Virus record (IMG/VR): IMGVR_UViG_3300042013_000045
Location: 96,001-160,000 of that record
DNA: 64,000 bases
Origin: a virus
Direction: 5' to 3' (one strand)
The notes under the pieces were generated by a model. The model was not told where the DNA came from, did no database searches, and saw nothing but the letters and a program-made list of their open reading frames with translations. Below, piece after piece: positions 45,944 to 53,911 of this stretch. A program made the position numbers and the translations under genes. Every line of letters begins with the position of its first letter. Within the stretch, counting starts at the first letter, position 1.

Positions 45944-46618
45944 TCACTCGTGAGTGGTAGACAACTCACTAATGATGCACACCGAGCCGTCTTCATCAGA
46001 GGTTGAGTCTGTGTAGTCGACTTGGTTGTAGATGCCACCATGGAACTGGAGGATCTGGTCTTTCCACGAACTGTCCAAACGAAGCGCAGGGCACGTAGAC
46101 TTACGTCCTTGGCACAGCGCATTGACAGATACGGAACCAGCCGCAGTTACATGAACACTGATCTTGAACGGAACACCCAAGGGTACGTTTTCCAGTATGG
46201 TACTGTTAACGATCGCAGGGTCAGCGAAACTGGCTCGGAAGCCAATGGTCAGCTTACCCTTGTTCCAGAACACTTTCAGCGGTGGTGTGTTAGCGTTTTT
46301 AACATGCACTTGAGCAACCACAACCTTGGAGGCTGAGTTGACCTTTACCAGTGTCATCTCTTGACGACTCCAGTGATGGAGAGCGCTAGACAATGGCCAG
46401 TACTCGACTTCCTTCCATTCTGTGCGAGTGCGATGAACGCTCTTGCTCGATGCACCCTTAGTAGGAGCGGTGAATTGAACGGAACCGTCTTCAAGCTGAA
46501 CAACGCAACTCGGGCAGTTAGCCAGTGCGTAGTCACCCATGACCTCCAATGCAACTGGATTGGTCAGCGAAACGGGAAGCGGAGTAGCTATTTTGTACTG
46601 CGAAATATCAACGAACAT
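45944..46618 (-). CDS. Polysaccharide lyase family 7 (alginate lyase)
   Basis: PL7 motifs RTEWKE, QVH, QFHGGIYNQ. Confidence 0.8.
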   Translation of the reverse strand: MFVDISQYKIATPLPVSLTNPVALEVMGDYALANCPSCVVQLEDGSVQFTAPTKGASSKSVHRTRTEWKEVEYWPLSSALHHWSRQEMTLVKVNSASKVVVAQVHVKNANTPPLKVFWNKGKLTIGFRASFADPAIVNSTILENVPLGVPFKISVHVTAAGSVSVNALCQGRKSTCPALRLDSSWKDQILQFHGGIYNQVDYTDSTSDEDGSVCIISELSTTHE

Positions 46619-46667
46619 GTTCAGTCTCTCAGCGTGGGTGCATAAGATGACGAACAGTTCTAGAATG

Positions 46668-46744
46668 TGGCGCCTCGTACCGGACTCGAACCGGTGACCC
46701 CTAGCGTGACAGGCTAGTACTCTAACCAACTGAGCTAACGAAGC
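46668..46744 (-). tRNA. tRNA-Asp (GUC)
   Basis: Cloverleaf, CU-GUC-AC, encoded CCA. Confidence 0.95.
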
Positions 46745-46832
46745 GGATGTGAAGTTCCCGGCGTTTGGCTACGACGAAGTCGATCTGCATGCGGCGGGTT
46801 CTTCACATAAGGTATTGATAAGCAGGAATTTT

Positions 46833-47327
46833 TTACACGATGAGTGCCCAAGTACCCGTTAAAGGCAGAGGAGTAGGGAAGTGCCAACGGATGTAACTGG
46901 TCCCCGCAGTAGCGTTCCATTCCCAGTTGATCATCTCGCCGATGACGCCATTAACAGAACAGTTCCCAAAATCGAGCCCTGTAATGTCCCCGGCGATTGC
47001 CATTTCGATCCACTGCACCGAAGGGGCGTCCAAGAACACGGTGTTCTCGGTGATGACGTACATCCCCTGAGATTGCTTGGTGGAGGTAGGGCTTGCTGAA
47101 CCACCTGTGGCTTGTCCATGAAACCCCCAGATGTCCAGTCCCGGTGAAAGGTTACCATGACCGACTGTGATGGTACCGTTATAGATGTTGTTCTTGGGGG
47201 CGACTCCCACAGTCTGTTTCCAGATGCCGCCTACCTTTACAAAGACAGCCTTACTCAGCTTCCATGTACCGGCTACCTTGATTGCTGGCCAGACTCGTTT
47301 CCACAGACCACTCACATTAAGCTTCAT
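46833..47327 (-). CDS. Putative fibre-tip adhesin
   Basis: N-terminal triple (K)V.G.WK repeat shared with 51362-52009. Confidence 0.6.
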   Translation of the reverse strand: MKLNVSGLWKRVWPAIKVAGTWKLSKAVFVKVGGIWKQTVGVAPKNNIYNGTITVGHGNLSPGLDIWGFHGQATGGSASPTSTKQSQGMYVITENTVFLDAPSVQWIEMAIAGDITGLDFGNCSVNGVIGEMINWEWNATAGTSYIRWHFPTPLPLTGTWALIV

Positions 47328-47385
47328 TTCGTTCACCATTAGTAAGCAGCATAAAAGAGACCTGTCCCTTTTCAGGGACAGGTCG

Positions 47386-47492
47386 GTACAGGCGCCGGTG
47401 GAGTGCATGCAACTGTTTCCCAACGTTGCTCATCACTCCGGGAAGGAACTAGGCTGGATCACCCCCTTACGTGCAGTCGAAACTGCCTGTAC
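47386..47492 (-). ncRNA. Candidate small structured RNA
   Basis: GUACAGGC/GCCUGUAC closing stem, internal hairpins, TATG at 5' end and terminator at 3' end. Confidence 0.45.
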
Positions 47493-47513
47493 ATAGGATG
47501 TGTCTTTTAGCCA

Positions 47514-49289
47514 TCAGACGAACGAGATCGTCTTCATTTCTTCGTCGGTCGGCCAAGTCAAGTACAAGTTACTGGAGTAGTACACTGCCGTGTCGTTGCT
47601 GTTCGCTTTACCAGCTGCCGTACCAGTGACCATGTTAAAGGTCTCACTGCCAATCTTGATGTTATTCGTCATTACTGGGGTGTCGGCTTGGCGAGGTTCA
47701 TTCGATGGGGCATGGGCCAGTACAATCAACCCATTACCTTGCGTGCAGATAGCCTTGATTCGCACCATGCGGTTCTGCTGACTGTTCCAGTAGACCTGCG
47801 GGTACAACTCACCGAAACTAAGCGACGTGTTGGAATATAGGAAGTTCTTCGCAAAACCACGCATTAGACCGTTGACTGTCTCACGTCCACCGACTCGTAC
47901 AGAGTAGTTCGGGATAGCAGCTTTATAGTTAACTGGCATCTGAGGGAGGACGGTTGGCGCAACAATATTACCACTGTACATTGCACGCTTGGCAATACGG
48001 ATATCCCACACGTAAGCTTGGAACGCTGTCGACCCACTGTAGTAGTTCGACAGCCGGTTACCAGTAGTTGCCCACAACGCTGTTGCCAGTGCCAAGGTCA
48101 AGATCAATACACCGTTCAAGTACCCCTTCACAACACCACCCTGACGTTCAACGACGAAGTGGTAGTCCTTCCCGACAGTCACGACACCCGCAGCAGAAGA
48201 GATATTGGTAGACCCGGTCGCAACTGCACTGACACCAAACCCTACGTTAATCGACCCATTCTGTTGAACTAGGAAGAGGTAACGGTTGTTAGTATTCGCC
48301 ACCGCGCCGTTATGCCAATGGGATGGCAGGACCGCTCCAGTAGCTGGAATGGTAGCACCTTCGGGGATACGGAACTTAACCTCATACGTGAAGTCGCCTG
48401 CACCGAAATAATCGATGTCAGCACTGTACGTGTCAGCCACGTTGTTACGTCCGGTGATCGCACCGTACTCCAGAGCCGCCCATGAAGCGAACGTCATCGG
48501 TTTGCCGGTCACTTCATTGTGCGGATCATCCCGTCGGAAAGCAAACTGAGCCACGATATCGGCAGCAATAGCAGTGCTGTACTTAGGAGCGTAATCAGCC
48601 TTGATGAACCTGGCAGGCGGAGTGAACGGACCACCAAATACAACTTCGTTGGAGATCGCCATGTCCCAGATAGCGCCCACACCGCCTCGCTGAACAGTAA
48701 ACCGCTGAACAACACGGGAGCCGCCGATACTAATGGTGGACGAGACTTTCTCTACGCCATCGACATAGATAGTGACTTTATTTGTGGCGTCACGTTCAAC
48801 AGCGATGTGAAAGTCTGTGTTCAGCGGGATTGCATTGGCTAGGGTCGAGACCGTGGCCACAGTATTACCGGTGTTATCGCTTATCTGGAACCGTACATTG
48901 AGGGTATCCAAGATCTGGAGAGCCCAACTGCATCTGCCGGCAGCAGCGTTCTCTGGCCACACCCCCATACGGAAGCCTTGAGTGACGTTACTTGGAGCAG
49001 AGGTGAACCGCCCTTTCATCTGTACGCAGAATGGTGTGTTCGGTGCGATGTAGTACGATTCTTGGTCTTGCAGCGGATCGACGAGTCGGTTAGCCTCGTT
49101 AAGCAACTTGGTGTTGCTGACTTGGTTCATGACGCTGGTGTTGTACATCGGTTGTACGGAGAACTTTTCAGTCACATCGTTGATGAGTTCATTGTCGTAC
49201 ATCGACCACAAGCGCATCACACCATTGACCTGCGTCGGATCAGGCGGAGGCGGGAGATACCGCGCTGCACCGAAGATTACGTTTTTCAT
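47514..49289 (-). CDS. Tail-fibre/adhesin with two LamG repeats
   Basis: FHIAVER..VTIYVDG and DFT.E...YHFVVER...YLNG...RIAK. Confidence 0.8.
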   Translation of the reverse strand: MKNVIFGAARYLPPPPDPTQVNGVMRLWSMYDNELINDVTEKFSVQPMYNTSVMNQVSNTKLLNEANRLVDPLQDQESYYIAPNTPFCVQMKGRFTSAPSNVTQGFRMGVWPENAAAGRCSWALQILDTLNVRFQISDNTGNTVATVSTLANAIPLNTDFHIAVERDATNKVTIYVDGVEKVSSTISIGGSRVVQRFTVQRGGVGAIWDMAISNEVVFGGPFTPPARFIKADYAPKYSTAIAADIVAQFAFRRDDPHNEVTGKPMTFASWAALEYGAITGRNNVADTYSADIDYFGAGDFTYEVKFRIPEGATIPATGAVLPSHWHNGAVANTNNRYLFLVQQNGSINVGFGVSAVATGSTNISSAAGVVTVGKDYHFVVERQGGVVKGYLNGVLILTLALATALWATTGNRLSNYYSGSTAFQAYVWDIRIAKRAMYSGNIVAPTVLPQMPVNYKAAIPNYSVRVGGRETVNGLMRGFAKNFLYSNTSLSFGELYPQVYWNSQQNRMVRIKAICTQGNGLIVLAHAPSNEPRQADTPVMTNNIKIGSETFNMVTGTAAGKANSNDTAVYYSSNLYLTWPTDEEMKTISFV

Positions 49290-49350
49290 AAGCCACCCTA
49301 ATAAATAGTAAAGACTCTACCGCCTCGGTTAAAAGGCGGTAGAGTCGAGC

Positions 49351-49779
49351 TTACGGTTGCAGAGCAGCCAGCTCGGCGGTCAGGGCTTCGAACTCGGTGT
49401 TGAGGTCGATGAGCGTCTGAGTGGCGCCTTGCTCGCCCAAGCCGGCAGCGACTTGACGCAGTGGCTTGATGGACTCGGAATCGATCGCCATCAGACGGGC
49501 TTGAATTTCCCACACGCGAGCGTTCTCGGCGTACAGTTCTTCAGGAGTCTTGTCAACGATCTGCCACACGATAAACCACTGGCCTTCGATTTCCTCGTTA
49601 CCACCATCGACCACTTTCTGGTGGGAAGGTACGGCTGGCTGCTCAGGAGCATTCAGCACTTTGTACGGGAAGTCGACCAGAGCAGCATCGGACAGCTTCT
49701 GTGGGAACGACACGTTCGGGTACAGCTGGCGCAGTTGATAGTCTTCAACGCGTTGGAATGTATCGGTGTTAATAAGCAT
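49351..49779 (-). CDS. Tail fibre assembly-like protein
   Basis: LRQLYPNVSFP, W...W.I, L..ID..SI.PLR motifs. Confidence 0.65.
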   Translation of the reverse strand: MLINTDTFQRVEDYQLRQLYPNVSFPQKLSDAALVDFPYKVLNAPEQPAVPSHQKVVDGGNEEIEGQWFIVWQIVDKTPEELYAENARVWEIQARLMAIDSESIKPLRQVAAGLGEQGATQTLIDLNTEFEALTAELAALQP

Positions 49780-49906
49780 TGTTAAACCCTCAACAACAGA
49801 AATGAACAGAGACGACGAGGCCGGTGTAACGGGCGCGGTTTAGGCCCCCGTTGGAAATTCCTTTTAGTAGACACTTGTCTCTCGCTAAGAGGACAGGGCT
49901 ATCGGA

Positions 49907-50413
49907 TTAAACCGAAGCCTTCATGTCTTTACCGATCAGGTAGCCATCCCAAGTAGCGCCGCCGTTCAAGGTGGAGAAACCGATGACGTCACGACCAGCG
50001 GTCGACAGTGCCGGAGCGATACCTTCAGCCCAGCGGATGTTCGGCCACCAGGACATGGTGAAAGCACCGCCGTTGGTGATGTGCAGGATGAAGGTCGCTA
50101 CACGAGGGGCGGTTGGTACGTTGGTAACGGTCAGGGCAGTGTTAGCCGTTACCGTCTTGCTGTAGTGGTTCGCTTTGCCGACGTCGATCTCGTTGGCTGG
50201 TAGAGCCAAGGCCGCTTCGGTCACAGCAACGGTGAAGTCACCGCCGACAGGAGCACCGAGTTCCAGGATCGCACGCTGAAGCTCGTCATCCATTTCTTCG
50301 ATGAGGACTTCGGTTTGTTGCACGGCACGGGTGTTTGCATCTTCAACAGCAAGTTTGGTCTTGCCGGCGAAGTTGCCAATTGACGCTAGGAGCGCTTGAG
50401 CATCTACGGACAT
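49907..50413 (-). CDS. Tail-fibre-associated protein
   Basis: WP.NIRW..G.AP.LS..GRDVI.F.T..GG.TW.G motif; N-terminal helical anchor. Confidence 0.7.
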   Translation of the reverse strand: MSVDAQALLASIGNFAGKTKLAVEDANTRAVQQTEVLIEEMDDELQRAILELGAPVGGDFTVAVTEAALALPANEIDVGKANHYSKTVTANTALTVTNVPTAPRVATFILHITNGGAFTMSWWPNIRWAEGIAPALSTAGRDVIGFSTLNGGATWDGYLIGKDMKASV

Positions 50414-50569
50414 AATAGCCTCGGTCATCTGGTGAGTAAGCTCAGCAAAACACTGCGCTTCATAGGATAAACCTATATATCTTGCTCTGACTATTTTTAA
50501 CTGTAGAGGCCAAAAAAGAAAGGAGGGGGCATACAGCCCCACGCCGAAACGTGGGGCTGTGTTGGGAGG

Positions 50570-51250
50570 TTATGGTTGAATGGTCAGGAAGCATGACCCG
50601 ATAGAGTGGTCGTAACTGTCAGACCAGCGGTTGAGGGTTTTACGAGTACCTCCACTACCTACAGGGAAGACCTTGACGATCGTGTTACCTTGTTCGTCGA
50701 TCGTTACGAAGTCGTACTCGCTGTTGATGGCATTGAGACGGATGTTCATGGCTTCCAACTGAGTGTATACAGACCGTGGCGCTACACCAGCACGACCGAT
50801 GGCCGTTGACCCCAGTACCGCTTCCATTAAGCCGTGTGCATCGCTCAGGGCGTTATGAGGTACCTTGGACAGATGCTTAACCCCTTTGAGTGGACGTACG
50901 AACTCCATGTTGATGAGGGTACGTGCTGCGGCTTCTTCGAACAGCTTGGCAAAGTGGTTAGCGTCGGTGTTGTTGTCCATTACCAAGGTGATACTATCGA
51001 ACTGGCTGATGAACTTGTGCAGGGAGTCGATTGCTTCCTGACGTGTGATCTGCGGTTTACCGAGGACTGGGATGACATGGTGTCGTGGCCAGTAATCCAG
51101 TTCGACCCCTTCTGGTAGATGCATGGCTTCGTACCATCGGTGACCTGTAGAACTTACCAGTGCTGCTGAGAGTAGCTTACCTCCACCACTGTTGAATTCT
51201 GTATCAGTATAAAACCGCACGTGCTGGAATGGTTTGGTTGGGAGGTTCAT
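50570..51250 (-). CDS. DEDDh 3'-5' exonuclease
   Basis: YTDTEF ExoI and HNALSDA ExoIII motifs. Confidence 0.8.
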   Translation of the reverse strand: MNLPTKPFQHVRFYTDTEFNSGGGKLLSAALVSSTGHRWYEAMHLPEGVELDYWPRHHVIPVLGKPQITRQEAIDSLHKFISQFDSITLVMDNNTDANHFAKLFEEAAARTLINMEFVRPLKGVKHLSKVPHNALSDAHGLMEAVLGSTAIGRAGVAPRSVYTQLEAMNIRLNAINSEYDFVTIDEQGNTIVKVFPVGSGGTRKTLNRWSDSYDHSIGSCFLTIQP

Positions 51251-51361
51251 GGCTTGTTCTTGTTCCTAGTGGTTAGTCTAATCTATAATGTATTTTCTAT
51301 TTGTTTTTCATTACCGTAATCAAGCTGGATTGTTATGTGAGTAACCCCTTAATAGGATTGA

Positions 51362-52009
51362 ATGATGCGGATCAATGTCAGCAGTGTGTGGAAGAAGGTG
51401 ACGACCTTAGCAGTTAAAGTAGCGGGTCAGTGGACACCGGTCACTACTGGCTGGGTGAAAGTTGCTGGTGTATGGAAGAAGATGTACCCGCTCAACCCTG
51501 CGTTGTTCTTGAACGGGGTTGGTGGACTGATAGCCGGTAACTGCTTCCATTACGAAACCATCAGCCGATTGCAGTTCGTAGTAGCCACGGGCGATCAGCT
51601 AGTGTATGACATGTATCTCGGGGCTAATACGGTCTCTGGCGGGTTGGATGCAGCGTACGAAGATGGCACGGGCACCAAGTACTTGCGAAGCGCTGCGTTG
51701 GTTGATCAGAACAACAAAGGCGTTCATCCTGGAGGATCGATTGCCGAAGCACAAGGTAAGTGGTATACCCGTGTCTTCAACCTTGATATTCTGGCAGGGG
51801 CAACTGTCACCTTATGGGCCATGGTACATGAAGACGATGCCGGAGGCTGGCATGAGCTTTATATACGGAATGCCCGTATCCTCAGAGCTGATGGGTCGTT
51901 GAAGATGGAGATCTTTATCAACACCTTGAACGTTCCTGAGATGGCTACCTTCCAAGGAACCTCTAACGGGTACGGCCAGGTAAGCAAGTCGATACAACCA
52001 GGTCCATAA
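51362..52009 (+). CDS. Putative fibre-tip adhesin with carbohydrate-binding-like domain
   Basis: N-terminal V.G.W repeats; C-terminal domain homologous to part of 53912-56473. Confidence 0.65.
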   Translation: MMRINVSSVWKKVTTLAVKVAGQWTPVTTGWVKVAGVWKKMYPLNPALFLNGVGGLIAGNCFHYETISRLQFVVATGDQLVYDMYLGANTVSGGLDAAYEDGTGTKYLRSAALVDQNNKGVHPGGSIAEAQGKWYTRVFNLDILAGATVTLWAMVHEDDAGGWHELYIRNARILRADGSLKMEIFINTLNVPEMATFQGTSNGYGQVSKSIQPGP

Positions 52010-52065
52010 ACAAAGAAAAAGAAAGGTAGTGATCAGTGGCTAACGCCACTGATCACTCTTTCATA

Positions 52066-52272
52066 TTACGCTGCGAAGGAGAATACATAGTTCTTCTCCG
52101 CGTGGTCAGCGGTGTCATACAGGTCAACGTGGATGCCTTTGTCAGATACAGCTACAGCCAGAACAACGCGCATGCGCAGTTTAGCAGCGATGATCTTAGC
52201 GGAACCAGCGTCGATGCCAGCTTTGATCAGTTCAGCGAAGTTGTCGTTGAAGCGGATATGGATCAGTTTCAT
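52066..52272 (-). CDS. Small early-type hypothetical protein
   Basis: GGAGG RBS, own promoter and downstream hairpin. Confidence 0.6.
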   Translation of the reverse strand: MKLIHIRFNDNFAELIKAGIDAGSAKIIAAKLRMRVVLAVAVSDKGIHVDLYDTADHAEKNYVFSFAA

Positions 52273-52301
52273 TGCAGTGCCCTCCAAGGGCTAGGTAAGA
52301 T

Positions 52302-52360
52302 AGAAAGATTAGTCTCTCTATTCACCTTTACAATGTATTGCCATAACTTTTTCGAATCGA
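52302..52360 (-). promoter_or_regulatory. Early-type promoter with leader hairpin
   Basis: TACATTGT at 52330-52337; matches 13236 and 8417 modules. Confidence 0.65.
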
Positions 52361-52405
52361 ATAACAGCCCCTCTAGGAGAACCGGAGTTCTCCTAGAGGG
52401 ATCTA

Positions 52406-53029
52406 TTACGTTTCTTCTGGTTGTCCGCCAGTAGGTTCTTCTGGCAGAACGAAAGTGAAGGACCACGTCACAGCCTTCACAGTTTCAACGTTACCCAGTG
52501 CTTTGGCCATCAACAGGTCTTTCTCAGCCGCATGGCGTACTGCTGTGAGATAAGAGATAGCCGGACTGTAGATGGTATCGTTAGCCAACACCCGATCAAT
52601 CAGATCGACCAAACCATCACCTACCCCTTTAGCCGTACGAGCGTCACTGAGGTTACTCAGGAACGGTGTCGCCGGTGCGGTGCCTGTACTACCAGCCACA
52701 CGCCACTCGTCGTACAGTTTCGCCTCAGCGATCTGCACAGGCCATGTGGTGATTTCGCCAGCTGGATAATTACCACGCAGTTTGGTGACTGCCTGTTCAT
52801 AATCGAGGTTCAACGTGTAGATAGCGTTGGACACCAGCTGTTCAATTGGAAGTTCAGGTGCAGGAGGCGCTGGTATGGTGATCGGCAATCCATCCTGATC
52901 CGCAGACAGTACACGACCAGTAGCGAGTTCAGCCATGATCTGGTTGTGTACACTGTCCGTGACTGCCACGTTATCAGCCCATTGATCAGGCCGATTGATA
53001 AAAGCGAGTTCGATAGCAGAGAAGTACAT
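52406..53029 (-). CDS. Tail fibre assembly chaperone
   Basis: MYFS....F, G..L.AD.DG.P, YP..EI.TW..Q..EA, TP.L..L..AR motifs. Confidence 0.75.
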   Translation of the reverse strand: MYFSAIELAFINRPDQWADNVAVTDSVHNQIMAELATGRVLSADQDGLPITIPAPPAPELPIEQLVSNAIYTLNLDYEQAVTKLRGNYPAGEITTWPVQIAEAKLYDEWRVAGSTGTAPATPFLSNLSDARTAKGVGDGLVDLIDRVLANDTIYSPAISYLTAVRHAAEKDLLMAKALGNVETVKAVTWSFTFVLPEEPTGGQPEET

Positions 53030-53041
53030 AGCGAATGTCCT

Positions 53042-53893
53042 TTAGGAATACTGCAACCAGATGTCGCCGTCTTGACCGCCGCTAGGAGCTGCTGTAGAGA
53101 CGGTGATGGTGTTTGCGATCTCGCGCTTGAGTGTCCATGCGCTCCACGTAGTCGTGTTACTAATGCCGGACGATTGCAACGTACGTCCGTTGATCAGCAG
53201 TTCACGTTGGACCTTAGGGCTGCTGCCAGAGTTCGAACCATTGGCTTCAGCCCACACTGTCAAGACACCGACATCAGTGGTGGTGATAGCCCACAATGGG
53301 TCGAGCGTGGCGATGTTCGAGACGATCAATTCGCCAGTAATTCCAGTGTCGTCCGTGGCGCGCACATACACCTGAGCCGTGACCTTAAACACGCTCCCGT
53401 ATGCGCCGGTGATTGCTGACGGAGTGTCAGTCAAGATCGGGTTAGGGGCGATGTTAAACTGATATGCCTGCTGGACCGTCGACGTGAGTGCTGCGACCCC
53501 GACCCACGTCGACCACGTGGTAGCATCGATGGCATACTGGGTAAACATCAGTCCGCTAGCGCCACTGAACTCGCGCCGGATAGCGTTGAACGGTGTGGTG
53601 CCAACAGCCCCCGAAGCTTCAGCGAAGATCTTCAACACACCCGTCTTGTTACCAGTTGCAACTGGACCGGTCAACCCCAGCTCGGTTGCACGAGCACGTC
53701 CGACAATCAGACCTTTGCCGTACAGTGCACCCGGCAGGGCTTGAGCCAGTGTCAATCCGGCACCGGTGGTCATGTCCAACGAAGTCAACAGTCCACGGCC
53801 GTCAATGTCAACTTTGTCCAGTTTGAGTGCCAGTTTTGTTTTGATCTTCCCACCCAACAGGGCGATGGAATTCATCAGATCAGTGAAGTTCAT
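53042..53893 (-). CDS. Tail fibre protein
   Basis: Two TTWS.W knob-like repeats; C-terminal VSTAAPSGGQDGDIWLQY. Confidence 0.75.
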   Translation of the reverse strand: MNFTDLMNSIALLGGKIKTKLALKLDKVDIDGRGLLTSLDMTTGAGLTLAQALPGALYGKGLIVGRARATELGLTGPVATGNKTGVLKIFAEASGAVGTTPFNAIRREFSGASGLMFTQYAIDATTWSTWVGVAALTSTVQQAYQFNIAPNPILTDTPSAITGAYGSVFKVTAQVYVRATDDTGITGELIVSNIATLDPLWAITTTDVGVLTVWAEANGSNSGSSPKVQRELLINGRTLQSSGISNTTTWSAWTLKREIANTITVSTAAPSGGQDGDIWLQYS

Positions 53894-53911
53894 TTGTTCG
53901 ACCTCTAGTCT

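Noticed and set aside
46619-46729. N-terminal extension of the PL7 ORF
   Set aside because: Overlaps tRNA-Asp; the likely start is the ATG at 46618
43805-46744. Suppressor tRNA or stop-codon recoding; theta ribozymes after tRNAs
   Set aside because: All five canonical anticodons are sense, genes read normally in the standard code, and the tRNA 3' trailers do not show an HDV-like fold by eye
47410-47440. Hammerhead ribozyme (GUGAUGA...GAAAC on minus strand)
   Set aside because: Core C3 is G and stem II cannot form a proper loop
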